A stretch of 64,000 nucleotides of DNA, from assembly GCF_009914755.1 (NCBI RefSeq), contig NC_060926.1, one strand, 5' to 3'. The notes under the pieces were generated by a model. It had not been told where the DNA came from, searched no databases, and saw only the letters and a program-made list of their open reading frames with translations. Source of the stretch: the human T2T-CHM13v2.0 reference genome, Homo sapiens. Numbering within the stretch: the first letter of the stretch is position 1; every line of letters begins with the position of its first letter. Positions 45,502 through 60,150 of the stretch are shown here, piece after piece. Made by a program: the position numbers and the translations under genes.

Positions 45502-45989
45502 CTAACTATTGATCCAGTTGTTTCAAGCCATATTCAAATATTAAAATACTAGGACAGCAAAGGAATTGTGTTGGCTCCTTGAAGTTCATTGTAATGAGAG
45601 GCCTACAGTGACTGTGTAGAGACAAGCAGCTGTTTTCATATCCGAGGCATGCATCGTACAGGCTAGGTTTGAGCAGGCATGGGTTACAACTGCGTAATAC
45701 TCAATTTAACCTAGAATGAGAAAAATCTTTCAGGCAGTGTAAACCTCAATACAGTAGGTCAGTCAAGACAGATACAGTCAAGAAGCAAAAGGTGTATTCA
45801 TAATTCGATTTAGAATTTTCTGCTTTTTGATTTGTAGTAGAATAACTTAACCCTTTGGACTGGTGGACTTGAGCCCACGCATGTTGGACACTGGCCTCCG
45901 CAGCACATGAAGCAGAGAAGTCTGCTTTTGCCATCATGTAGGGACTCTCCACTGTACATGAAGCTGCCACCACTGGTCCCCAACAAGGC

Positions 45990-46610
45990 CTCACCAGCCT
46001 TCTCGTTTACCACGTGTAGCATAATGACCCAGACCCAATAAAGCATTTACTAAGTCAAGAATATTCCACACATACTCTTCCTTACCTCCATGATGGAGTA
46101 GTAGACTGATTTCATCTTGATAGTCTGGGTCAGTCACTCCAGCCAACACTGTAACTTCCTTCTTAGCCTGTTGACTTTGAGGTAGGAGGAGCCCAAAGTG
46201 GCCAGGTGACAATCTTACAGTTTAATGGAATTGTTGTTGTGTCTCGGTGGCAGCATTTCTCCCTCTGGAACTAAGACCCCTAGGCCAGCAGAACGTAATG
46301 TTGTGGGAACAGGAAGCAAAAATTTTGCTAGTGGGTCACTAGGGGTGATGGTGAGTGGTGCCACTTCCATTTCTGCCCCTTGATTCCTGGACCTGTGAAT
46401 CCTGGCAATGGGAAAAACAATACCATATATTGGACACTGATTCAGAGCATACACAGCCTTCTGGAGAACTTTGCCTCAGCCCTGCAAAGTATTGTCACCT
46501 AGTTGGCATTGTAATTGTGACTTCAAAAGGCCATTCCACCATTCTATTAATCCAGCTGCTTCAGGATGATGGGGAACATGGTAAGACCAGTGAATTCCAT
46601 AAGCATGAGC
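45990..46610 (-). mobile_element. ERV-L internal fragment (end of pol/integrase plus dUTPase), disrupted
   Basis: Minus ORFs YALNQCPIYG..RNQGAEMEVAPLTITPSDPL and PGHFGLLLP..QQAKKEVTVLAGVTDPDYQDEISLLLHHGGKEEYVWN resemble HERV-L pol/dUTPase. Confidence 0.85.
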
Positions 46611-47394
46611 TGTTTGCCTCTGTGCATGCTACACATCTGATTGGCCAGGTGCCTTCCTCCTGCCATGGCTGCTGGTCACTGTCATGCACTTACAAGCATG
46701 GGTCAGGTAGTCTTCAGGAACGCAGTTCTGAAAGTGAAACACTGGAATGCTTTTGGCTGTCTTGGGAAACAAAGTTATTTCTCATGGGATTTTTCCCTTT
46801 GAAGCTGCCTCCTACCTTGCTATTGTGACTATGATCCTTTGGGGAGAAGAGTAATTGTCTTCTTGAGTTCTGTGATCTGAAGGGATGTGGCCAGAAGATT
46901 TTTCATAGTTTTACAATATTTTCACAGTATTTTTAGGAGCATGACTTTGGTCTGCACCTGTGACTACGTACAAGGCCATTGTTTATTATTCATAAATGTG
47001 GGATGTGAACGTTTGCTTGATCTTTTTGAATGGGTGGTCCTATATATGTCTTTATGATTAGTTTCCTTTGAATATAATATTAAATGGAGTTTGGGAATAG
47101 TAGTGAACTTTACAATGGCTTCTCTTACATACTTTTTTTTTTTTGAGCCCAGAAGTGAGGCTTTTTAAAAATAGAACTTCACAAATTACTGCTTCCTTTT
47201 GATACTGGATATTCATGAAGTGCAGTGAAAATAGGGAATAATGAGTCATTCTTTTCCTCCAGGAGAAGGAGGAACAAACAAATGTGAAAACATTTACAAT
47301 ATCTTTCCACAGTCCAACCCTTTGCTCCTCCCCGGTTGTGTACATAAAAGCATACACATGGAGCCAATGGCTGCTTTGCAGACATGAAGCTAGA

Positions 47395-48960
47395 CTAGTG
47401 GTTCTCAAGACTTTGGGCTCAGGACCCCTTTATCTTTTTAAAAATTATGGGCCAGGTGTGGTGGCTCACACCTGTAATCCCAGCACTTTGGGAGGCCAAG
47501 GCGGGTGGGTCACCTGAAGTCAGAAGTTGGAGACTAGTCTGGCCAACATGGTGAAACCCCATCTCTACTAAAACTACAGAAATTAGGTGAGCATAGGAAC
47601 GTGCCTGTAATCCCAGCTACTCAGGAGGCTGAGGCAGTAGAATCACTTGAACCCAGGAGACAGAAATTGCAGTGAGCCGAGATCACACCACTGTACTCCA
47701 GCCTGGGCGACAGAGTGAGACTCCGTCTCGGAAAAAAAAAAAAAATTATGGAGGGACCCCAAAGAGCTTTTGTTCATATGGATTTTGTCTATTGATATTC
47801 ATCATGTTAGAAATTCAAACAAAGAAAATATGTAATCCATTTAAAATAACAATAAACCACCCATTACATGTTAGTATAAATAATATTTTTGTGAAAAGTA
47901 TAATTTTCAAAATAAAAAATCATGAGAAGGGTTGCATTGTTTTATATTTTTTTAGGTCTCTTTGATACCCAGTTTGGTGTAAGACAGCTGGATTCTCGTA
48001 TCTGCTTCAGTCTGTTGTGATAGGTTGTTTTGGTTAGTCTTTGAGTATCTCACGTTACACAGATGTGTGGTTGGAAGAGGGAGGAATATTTCAACCCTCA
48101 TTTCAGATAATTGTGGATATTCCTCTTGCACACTTCACCAAAACTCAACATGTGATAGTTTCTTAAAGCTTAGTAATGCAATGTGAAATCACTATTTTTT
48201 TTCCTCCTCTACTACCTTAAAATCCATCCAACTGACTTGCCCTTTGAATGATCTTTTACGTGTGTTTTATCCATGCAGGCATATCCACATGCATCCATGC
48301 ATGTGATGTCATACCCCGGTCATTTCAAGAAAAACTATTTTTGAAATGAAGTATGCAGATTTCTAAATAGTGATAGTTTTCATCATATAACATCAAAAAT
48401 TTTCATTTGTATCACCGCCAATCTTGTCAGAAAAGTTGCTAAGTCTTTGGAAGGTGTCAAGCTCATAGTTAGAGATACAAGTTTGCCACATACATAGAAC
48501 TGAAAACCAGAGTCAGTCAATGTCTGGCACAGTCATTCTTTCAGGTAAAAATCTTGTCCCACCAAAAAAGTGGCTGGTTCAGCTTGCAACTCCAACAGCT
48601 GCAGAAGTGCGTTTCTGCAAGACAACCATCACCCTCCGGTAGCCAGCAAAAATGCTTTATGCATGCTTTTTCCATGTCATACCTGAGAAAATGAAGACAT
48701 GGACTCAAAGGTCGAAATGTTTAAAAATCGGTAGCACTTCTTTTTTTAAGTGTATTCAGAGCATCTGTGAGACTTTTTTGTTTGTACTTAAAGAGCATGC
48801 CAGTGAATAATGTGATGATGACTAGTACAGTTTGGGGCTACTACTTTGATTCATGTTAATCACCAGCATGTTTGCACCATCAAAACAAATTTCAACACAG
48901 CAATAAAAAGGCAAGTACTGTATCTGAATTGTTTTGAAAATCTTATTGATTTGTCTGAAA
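47395..48960. mobile_element. Charlie1-type hAT DNA transposon, split by an Alu
   Basis: TAGTGGTTCTCAA..CTCAGGACCCCTTTA..[Alu]..GACCCCAAAGAGCTTTTGTT terminus with Charlie-like internal sequence. Confidence 0.8.
47450..47745 (+). mobile_element. AluS nested in Charlie1
   Basis: Full dimer; AAAAATTAT TSD. Confidence 0.92.
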
Positions 48961-51340
48961 AGTGATCTATCTTTTCAGTATTATATATTAATATAAAATA
49001 TTATATTTCTCAACATACATGTACAGTTATAAACTAGAACTTAATGGAGAAAACGAATTGGAACAGATTGCCACTATTTTCCATTATTTTTTTCCATCAT
49101 TTAACTATGTAAATTTAAAGTCTTAATACTTTTTTGAAGTATACGTAAAAATGGAGTATGCTGATTACATTTTCTATCCTTGAAGAAAGTTGAGCTTAAG
49201 CACTGTCAGATTTTCAAAGCCATATGGTTATTTCTGATCTAATGTTGAGATGCCAATCATATAGTGTATGCATTTCAGTTTAGCTTTAAGATCTTGTTAA
49301 CTGCTTTTAGTACCCCTGTGAACACATCAGCAAACCATCTTTTCACCAGACAGCCAAAGGTAACCTCCGGATGTGAGGCAGTGAGAATCAATATAGTAAG
49401 GGTATTTTTAGGGACTGTTGATGGATTGCTGTATTTTGAGCTTAACTTCAAGTGCCAAAGGCCCCAGAGCTGACTAAGATGAACTCACCATTTACTGAGG
49501 ACGGGAGAGGCCATCAGGCACATAGTGGGATCTGGGATTGCCAAGACAAGATGTACACACCTTTCCCTTTGTAGTTTTGGGGAGAATTCTTGTATATTTT
49601 TTAGTAGCCTAATACGGTATTTTGATGAGGACTTTGTACCACCCTCCTTGCTGGAGCCAAGTGTTACTCATTTGGTAACCTCCCGGTCCTGGGAACACAT
49701 AACTGTGAAATTCTAGGACAACGTGATACAGCAGCGAATCAATTAATTCTCTGTATCAGGAGGGATCTGGTACACCGAGATACTAATGACTCCGCGTCCT
49801 TCTCCAAAGGCAGCCCCACAGAAGGCCGGCGCCACGTTAAGCTGTGCTGCTGTCAGCAACCTGAAAGCTATGGGTCTCTGACACGGCTCTCAATTGCTAG
49901 CAGGTTTCTCTCATTGCACCTCATTTGCATCTGGGACATCAATTAGCATGTTTGTTGAGGCTAATTGAATGAAACTCAATCATAGCTCTTAATTGCTTGA
50001 CTATGTGAAAAGAAATCACATTAATGCAGCTAATTAAGTGTACGGCAATAGATGCAACATAATTAGGAGCGAAATGTAAAAAACAAGGGATGGCAAAGGT
50101 GCCGGAGCAGGGTTGCAGGGGGACAGCGAGGCACAGTTACCGAGCAGTTGGCGGGTTCGGAAACAGGTCCCTTTGCTCTGGCGCCTGCTTGGAAAAAATA
50201 AGCCGCATGATGATCATGGACAACTTGAGAAGGAAAATGCAAATAGGTTTGCAATTACTACTTTTTCAAGCTGTTGAGGGGCAGGAGATGGCACCTCTGG
50301 GGGGCCTGGCTCTTGAGTGGGCCCCAGGGACTTGTTAAGTGCTGTTTAAAAGTACTTGGCTTTGAATTACCCTCACGCCTTGTTAAAGGGTTTTTCCTCT
50401 TTTATCTTCGATCAGCATTTTCAACAAGGAACATGGAGAAGGGTAGTATCTGTAACATTTGCATATCAAAATCAAGCTTCCTGTCTTAATTTTACCGAGG
50501 TCCCTAACTCAGACCCGTGAAGGGTCTGCACAGCCCCTTGACTTCTACGGAGGACATTGTTTAGTGGTTGTAGCTTTAATTCCTCAAGTACCAAGCTGGG
50601 GAGAGATGAAAAGGATCAGTTCTTTCAAAACCAGAAAGCTCAGTGTCGTTTCTCTTGGGAGGAACTTGAAGCCACAGATACATGTGTCTTTATCTCCCAC
50701 CTGTGTGTGAAGCGCTGAGTCGGAGGGCTTTTATTGAGTAGGAAATGCATTTTGTAAAGTTTCTAAAAATGTTCAGTGCCTTGAAATATAAGAATTGGCT
50801 ATTTTAAATACCGATTTTATTTATTTTTTTTTTTTAGAGCTAGTTCTTCTGAGGTTGTAATGCCTAACTCAGGCAAGAAAACAGATCCCTTAGCCCATGC
50901 TGAGCTAAAGATAAATGGGTTCCCTTGCCGCTTTCGAATCTGGAGAGCAGACACTTGGTACATTTCTATAATAATTTTAAATAAAATATCGTGGTTATTG
51001 TATGTTAAAACATGCCTATTAAAAGAGCCCATGCTGAGGCTTAGTCACTATCTGATTAGCCTCATTTTAGAGCCCATAAGCAATAAATGCTCAATTACAC
51101 TCCTGTTATTGTATTTTAATTTGTTAAGAATTGGCATTAAGGAAGAAAGTTATAGCAAGTTGATATTTTTAAAGGAGTAACTGTGCAAGAAGGAATTCAT
51201 TATTTACAAGCATTAACTTTGGTTTGGAAAGTTGGGTTTGCATATTTTCAGTGGATATTAATGGAAGTAAACTAAAGATGCTTGAGAAAAACCTTTTTTA
51301 GGAAGTGACCAACACTCACCACTCTACGGTGTGCTTTTCC

Positions 51341-51648
<308 letters not shown>

Positions 51649-52723
51649 TGATGTGCTTTTCATTTGTCACCCTCAACACAGCGCAGTCCTGAGAATTCCT
51701 GTGCCGCTTCCAGCTCTAGCTTTCCTTCCATCTAGTTTAACAGAGTTAATTCAATAGTAACTTTCTTTCTGTCTTTGGTCTACATCCTCTCAAAGTTGAT
51801 TATGTTTTGTGGAGTCCAGCATCTCAACTTCCAAGTGGAATCCCTTTCGGGGGCTGGTGAAGTCAGATTTGTTGTTCCCAGCCCAGATACCACCCTCCCG
51901 TTACCCGAACCCACCATGACAGCTTTCCTCCAAGGGGGCTGTGGCTGACTCCAGCCAGCCTGCCCTGAGAGTCAGGCCATCCTCCCTGAGCCACCCTGTA
52001 AAATGAAATGGCCAGTCACCAGCCTCGGGTGGCCGGGCACCTCTGCTCCCGGCCTCTGGGCTGATGTGAGATGCACGCGTGCCAGGGTTTTCTGCCTGGA
52101 TAGCCTGTCTGTCCTTTGCCGGGGAATGCCCGGCCTTGCCCCTGCCTCTGAATTTGCCCCACTGTAGCACAGTTTCTGATCCTTTCTCCAGTGGTCTTCA
52201 GCCCATTGTTCTTCCTCCTGGTTCTGACCCTGGTGTTTTGAGCTTTCTGTCTGCACCAAGACTTCCGTCCTCAGGGGTCACCAGGGACCCTGAAACATCT
52301 TGTCCCTCTGGGGCTGATGTAGGGGAGCCTGCTGGGGTTCTGTATTTATCTGCCAGAGTGTCCCCCGCCAGTGTGGCTGTGCCCTCATGTAAAGAGGTTC
52401 TCCTCCCGCCCGTCCTGCCGTTGAGAATTCCTGCACCCTTTTCCCTTGAGTCTGGTTTGACTCCATGTGGCAGCCTGTAAGTCATGTTGGTTGCGGGAAG
52501 GTCTACATTGTCACACCCCAGGCTCACCCACCTGACCATGGTTGGGCAGGGAGAAAACAGCTCTTCTCATCCTCTGCCCTGAGGACCCACAGTTTCATTC
52601 CTTTCCCCTGAACTGGAATTGTGTACTTTGTGGCTTTTGTTGTGCCTTTTCTTCTATCAGCAAACATCTACTTGTTGATAAACCCGTGACTCCTTCACAA
52701 GTGTGGGTGTTGCCCTGCAATTA

Positions 52724-52888
<165 letters not shown>

Positions 52889-53172
52889 GGTAGACAGCCC
52901 GTTTCCTGGAAGCCACTGGGATCTCGCTTTGGCCTCTCTGCTACCCTACCCTGTGTCCCAGCAGCTTCCTCAATACACTTGGCCAAGTTTCCTTGTCCCT
53001 GAGACAGAGGCTTCCGACCCTTGCATAGTGATTCTAGAACTTGATCCAACTATCTCTCTGCATCGGGTAACTGCCATTGGGCAGTTAAAAGACAGCAGCC
53101 CACTTCTCCACCCTGCCTCGGTCCCTTGCATCCAGCATGTGAGTTTATTTGGCAGTTCTTCTAAAATTACGT

Positions 53173-53305
53173 TGGCTGAGCACGGTGGCTTGTGCCTGTA
53201 ACCCCAGTGCTTTGGGAGGCTGAGGTGGGAGGGTGACTTGAGACTAGGAGTTGGATACCAGCCTGGGCAACCTAGCAAGACCTCATCTCTAAAAAAATTA
53301 ATAAA
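53173..53305 (+). mobile_element. FLAM / Alu left monomer
   Basis: GGCTGAGCACGGTGGCT...CATCTCTAAAAAAA. Confidence 0.85.
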
Positions 53306-53481
53306 TGAAATGGAATTATGGTCACCTGAACTTAATTACTTTTAACAAAGACAAATTTATTGGTTTTCACATCTAAAGGGAATTCACCAAGATGCTGCCA
53401 AAGAAAGAGCATATTTATTCCCACTTCCTGCATAGTCTTAAAACACTTGAAATGTTGTTTTTCCAAGAGTAATTTTCAAAT

Positions 53482-53715
53482 ACAGTCATTTCTCTGTATT
53501 CATGGGGGATTGGCTCCAGGACCCTCCAGAATACCAAGATCCTCAGATGCTCAAGTTCCTTATATAATACAGCATAGTATTTATATATAACCTGCACACA
53601 TTCTCCCGTATACCTTAAATCATCCCTAGATTACTTATACCTCATGCAATGTAAATGCAATATTTTCTTATTTGTATTTTTTTTAATTGTTATATTGTTA
53701 CAGAGGGCTGAGTGT
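53482..53715 (+). mobile_element. MER2, internally deleted
   Basis: Same blocks as the copy at 30025; TA-flanked ends. Confidence 0.8.
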
Positions 53716-54574
53716 ATATTCTTTCTTAACGTGTGATATCAAGTAATATGTGTCCAGAATGCTTAAGATACTGTGTTTGCAGACAGGGAGTCTCATTACC
53801 AGAAATAATAATAATAACAATAATAATAATGAGTGATGATGATGCTGCACTAAAGGATCAGTAACTCACTGGCCAGCAGGCCCATCCCCCGGCTCTCAGT
53901 TGCTTGTTCACCTTCCCCGTTCCCTGCCCACCAGCCAGTTTCCAGGTAGTGTTTGACTCCACAGTGAGTTAAGTGAGCTGCCAGAGAGCAGTCACTGTCC
54001 ACCGAGGCTTCCCTGTAGTTCTCTGATTGCTGCTGGTCATTTGCTTCCAAGGCCTAGAAAGCCAGATACCCCTTGGACATCTTCCTGGTTCTTAGCACAA
54101 CAGTTGACCTTTTTACTTCCAGTTTTCACCTGATTTTTCACCAGAGAGCTTCAGTCTTATCTAGATTTTAATGATATTCCCATCTGAGACAGAAAGGTTA
54201 TTACAAAATGGTTTCCTACTCCATGGAATTTTACTTGGAATTTATAGGAGGAGCCTAATGTACCCTCTGATAAGCAAGAGTTCAAAAAATCAGATTTTGT
54301 GTGTAGACTTACTTCCTAATGACCCTTGAAGGAGGCACCTGCTGTGTCTCTCCTTACATCTCTAGGTCCTGGATTAGTTCAGGACACAGAAGCAAAACTC
54401 TGATTTAAATATAATAATGATGTTACCAGTACTCTATAGATAAAAATCTCATGATTTTTAAAGTACTTTCCACAGTGGAAGGGTCATAGGGTTTTAACTC
54501 ATGACGTCTGATAGACCCTTTTGTTCTAGGTTGTAAAAGGTCTTTTTTTTTTTTTATCTCTCTTGGATGTTTAA

Positions 54575-54820
<246 letters not shown>

Positions 54821-55587
54821 TAATGTTGGACTCTTAGGTTAAGTGGAGACAGTAACTATCACATTACAGATTAAGGTTTAGAAACCTGATCACTTCTGTG
54901 GCTGATCATTTCCTTTAAACTTTCAGTTCCGCAAATGCCAGCGAGCAAATGGTGCTTTGAGTCACAGCTGCAAAAACCATGCATCTAGGCCTTTCCAGGG
55001 CTGCATAGTGGAAAGTGAAGTTAACATGTGAACTGGGTTTTTAAGATCCTTCTGAAAAACGTGAATTAACGTTAAAGTGTCAAAGATTAACTCATTTCTG
55101 ATAACTGTATGTATGAAAGTGGAAAAACCATTCGGAGCAAGATTCAGAGGAAACCATTTGACCTATATAAAATGTAAATTCTGTGTTGTTATATTTTAAT
55201 TATCTGCCATTCTTTAATGCAACTTTAGTTCTCTGTATTCTCTTTTAAAGGAGATTTTTTTTCATTCAGGATCAGAGAAAGCTGTATTTTCTCAAATGTT
55301 GATGTGTTTAGAAATTCCTGGCCTCTGTGCCCAGTTGCAAGCCATCCAAAATGACATTGTTCATTTTATTTACGTTTTTGCAAATAATTGCCCTGTGTCA
55401 TGAACCTTCCCATGTCTGCTCATCAGAGATAAGGAGAAGATCCTCTTGAGCCCTCCCATAAACACACACACACAGTCAGGCTCCTTCAACATGGGGACAT
55501 CCCTTCAAGAATTTGCATTTTCTCCTGCAGAAAGTCCAGAACTTTCTTCTCTCCCACCTACATCCAGTCTTCTTAAAACAGATTTCT

Positions 55588-55877
<290 letters not shown>

Positions 55878-56064
55878 CAGATTTCTCTCCTATGAGAGTT
55901 TCTGGTCTTTGATGCTGCACTTTCCTCTTCTGAAACATCAAGTGCTTTTAAAGAGGGATGGTGCTGACTGCCTGGTTCTGAGGCATGAACGACACTGGTA
56001 GGTGAGAGCAAGATGGTACAGAGGAGTTCAAATTTGGGTCCACCATCCTGGGCTCCGCTGCATA

Positions 56065-56197
56065 GTGTTAGGCAGTCACTGAGCTGGTTCCTTCCCACCA
56101 CATTGGGGTGCTCTTGCCTGGCCTGCCTGTGTTAGGCAGTCACTGAGCTGGTTCCTTCCCACCACATTGGGGTGCTCTTGCCTGGCCTGCCTGTGTT
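56065..56197 (+). repeat. Perfect 64-bp tandem duplication
   Basis: 56065-56128 is identical to 56129-56192; GTGTT recurs at 56193. Confidence 0.97.
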
Positions 56198-56547
56198 GCA
56201 GGGGGGCGGTGTCAGAGGAGACAACATGAAAGTGCTGGGAAAGCTGGATACAAACACAAGCTGTTGTTTCTAATCAAAGTTAAAACTGGCTTTATGCTAA
56301 AGGAGTCTTTAGTGCCTCCCAAAAAAGTGAGAACAGTATTTTTCCAGGGGCTTCTATGACCTGCTGACCTTTCTTCCAAGACATCCGTGAGATTTTTCTT
56401 ATTAGAGCGGTGTGCTAACTATGGGGTGGGAAGAGAGAAAAGAAGGGCACAAGAAAGAAAAAACAATCCGTAGTGAGTAAAATGCTGAAGGCTTTATTAC
56501 ATTAGTACATTACATAAACTCATGCATTTATTCAAAAAATATCTATA

Positions 56548-56842
56548 GGCCAGGTGCAGTGGCTCACGCCTGTAACCCCAGCACTTTGGGAGGCCAAAAT
56601 GGGTGAATCACCTGAGGTCAGAAGTTCAAGACCAGCCTGTCCAACATGGTGAAACCCCATCTCTACTAAAAATACAAAATTAGCTGGGTGTGGAGATGTG
56701 CGCCTGTAATTCCAGCTACTCAGGAGGCTAAGGCAGGGGAATCGCTTAAACCCAGGAGGTGGAGTGCAGTGAGCCGAGATCGCACCACTGCACTCCAGCC
56801 TGCGCGACAGAGTGATGAGACTCCGTCTCAAAAAAAAAAAAA
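56548..56842 (+). mobile_element. AluS
   Basis: Full dimer plus poly(A). Confidence 0.92.
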
Positions 56843-58439
56843 TCTATCAAGCACCTATTTTGTGCCAGAAGTTGTGCGCACTGCAGATATGGAGTCCCTA
56901 ACCTCTAGAATTCTTCCATTTCCACCTCCCTTCTGACCATCACATCTAGTCATCTAGTTACATAAGTAAAAGCATTTATTGAGTTTCATTTTTATAATTT
57001 TAAATTGATAAAAATGTATTAAATAGAATTAATTTAACTTAAATAAAAATTTATTGATCTTTGTAACATGGTGTTTTGAATTATGTATACATTGTGGAAT
57101 GGCTAAATCATGCCATTTGTGGAGTTTCTAACGTGTGCCTGAGACACAGTTCCCGCCTTCAGGAATCTCCCCTGTTGTTGGGGAGAAAGACAAGTAGATG
57201 GAGGCCACACGGAGCCACAGGCCCCAGGAGGGCTGTGTAAAGGGCAGGGCTTGGAGACCCAGTGATGCTGCGGTCGGCTCCCCAGGAGGTGGGCCAGGCT
57301 TCAAGGAATGGGGGCTACCTGCTGAGTTTGAATAAAGGATAGGAATTTGCCAGGCACACAGATATGAAGGAAGGGCACCAATTCTGTGAAGAAGCGTTCA
57401 CTATGTAAAAGTAGGATTTTGAACTTCCTAATCTTGAGATTTATGTTCCTTGGAGCCAAATGCCACTGTTGTCCTAAGGGAAACACTAATGTGTGATTTT
57501 AAGTAGATAATACAAAGGCCCTATAAACCGTACCATATCTGATGGAGTCGGCTGTGGCATGGGCCTTTCTCTTTGAGGGAGTGAGTTGTGTGTCCTTGGA
57601 AGGCATTTCCCATTGCCCAGTTTCATTCTCTTTAAGAGCCCCTGTTGGGCAAATGGGAGGGTTGCGACAAGATTGAAATCCCTTTTCCATGGTCACAGCC
57701 CTCAGTGTGTAACAGGACATCTCCGCAACCCTCAAACAGGTTAATCCCACACAGGGGCCTGGCTGACTTTCCCTCTTCTCTGGATTCCAACTAGGGATAG
57801 AGAAGTGGAGGTATGACCTTAGCACAGAGGCGTTGCCACTTTGGGAAGAAGAAAGTGCCTCACGGCCACAGCAGTGCTAAGGGAAGTGGCACCCTGACCA
57901 AGCATGCGGGTGAAGTCATCAGCTGGTGTGCGGCGGGAGGGCGCAGATCTCAGATAGCAGCTCCCTGTTGATTGCTCAGCTTCATTCTTGGGTTCTGAGA
58001 ATAAGCCATGGGCGGAGGCACTTCTGTAAGAGGAAGCAGCTTCATTAAAATCTTGGGAAATTTTAATTTGCATTCACCTTCTCTAAACATGAACATGAAT
58101 CTGTAAAGTGATACATTCTTTCTTGCTTAAGAAATTAAAGCGTTTGGGGATTTGAGTTTTTATACTCTTTGAAAATTGAGTTTCTTGTGCTAAAATCATC
58201 ATTCACAAAATGTCCTCTCACCTGAGGAATTCCAACACAGCAAATTCAATCTGAAATAAATTGAGGCTACATTTAAGAGACGGGACTTCCAGCTAAAAAT
58301 AGGTATTAGAGAGCTGTTTTTGCCAAAAAATTGAATACTTAACCTTATTCTTCACTCTTGACTCATTTGTTTTGTCTCAGTTCTGGGTGAACTGGAGGGT
58401 TTTCTTTCTTTGTATTTTCATTTTTGTATTCATTTTCTT

Positions 58440-60150
58440 AATGCGATTGAATTAGATCAACATTTTATGCCTTCTCTTCCCGTAACTTGCATTCACATAG
58501 ACCTGATATATGTATGAGCCTAAATCTTTGTGGTTAACACTTATTATTGCTTTGGAATAACTGTCCATATATGGAATGATTCATTCGGTTGGTATAACCA
58601 TTTACAGGGTTCTTGATACACATTTCCAAATTAACTTCTAAAAGGTTTTACATGAAAACTCTTCCCATCCATAGCCATCACCAGTTTCACCTCACACACT
58701 TGCTAATGCTATTAATATTATTGTTAGAATTTATGCTAATCTGATGAGCGATAAAAATGCCTCATGTTTTGTTTATTTGGATTTCTTTAATCGGTAATGA
58801 AGTTGAACAGCTCACATGTATTAGGTGTATGTGTTTCTTACGTTGTAATTAATTGTTTAGGTGTATCCTTTGCCCATTTTTGCACTAGGTTCTTTTTCTT
58901 ATTGATATCTGAGAACTCTTTGTATATTTAGGATATGAATATATTTTGCAGGTATTTCCCCAGTTTATTATTTGCCTTTTAAATTTTATGGTCTTCTTTA
59001 CATAAAAAGGTTTTCCCTCTTTTTTATTTATAATCAGATTATCTTTTACTGTTGTGATTTCTACTTTAAGCTATTTAGAAAGCCTTTCATAATCTTGAAA
59101 CCAGATCACAGTTTACATATATATACTTCTAAGTTTTAATTTTATTGTTTTTTTCCCTTAAAAAATATATGTATGTGTTTATGTGTGTGAATATATGTAT
59201 ATGCATATATATCTGTGTGTATGTGTGTGTATACATGTATATGCATGTATTTAGCCCCTAATCCACCTTTAATTTGTTTGTGTCTATTGTGTGTGATAGA
59301 AATCTAATTGAATTTTTTATTCAAATAAATAATCAACTGTCGTTTTTCTCTTTGTTGAATTTTTTTTCTTTCCCTATTAATTCCATATGTTGCCTTTGTT
59401 GTAGAACTCAATCACTTCATCAAATGGGCTGTGTTTCTGGCCTCTCAGATGTGTTCCGAGACCTGGTGTCCCTGCATTGTCTTACCTTATGTAGATTTAC
59501 CACAGTGTCTTAGATGTATGACTCCGTTTGTATCTGGTAGTATAACACAGTTGAATATTTCTCTTTTATCTTCCAGTTTTTCTTGGCTACTGCTACCTGC
59601 TTATTTTTCCTCAAATGAACTAAAGAGTAACTTGAAACCTTCTCCTCCTTGATAAAAATAATCCCCTCATTGGTGCACATGACATCAGGACCTCCCGAGG
59701 CTGTGATACGGGCACGTAAATAAAATAATAAAAATAATTCTATCATGGCTTTTAACTGGCATTGCTTTTAAGCTATGAATTGTGGAGGAAGTGGCATCTT
59801 TACTGTGTGGAGTTCCTTATCGTGGAACACTGTTCTTTCGCAGTTTATTCAAATTTGTATTATAGCCTCCAGCAAAGTTCAGCATTTTTTTTTTTTATTT
59901 AGCTGCTGGACATGTCTTGTTAATCTATTCTGTTTATAATTTTTGGTGCATTGTGAAGCTAATCTTTTTTAGAGAGGCGGGGTCTATTATGTCATCTAAT
60001 TGGTCAGAAATAAAACTCCTAATTTTTGTGTTTTCTATTATTCAGCCATCTTGCTGAACTCTTGTTAGTTGGAATAGCTACTGGATGTTTCTGTTGATTC
60101 TCTAGCACACAGTCATAATGCATTCCATATTTCAAATACTATAATGCCTA
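58440..60150 (-). mobile_element. Degraded old L1 (ORF2/3' region) fragments
   Basis: T-rich tract with ATCCTTTGCCCATTTT, GTTTATTCAAAT, CAGCCATCTTGCTGAACTCTTGTTAGTT. Confidence 0.62.

Noticed and set aside
48530-48550. Recursive-splice-like ttctttcag|gtaaaa
   Set aside because: Weak donor, located inside a Charlie transposon.
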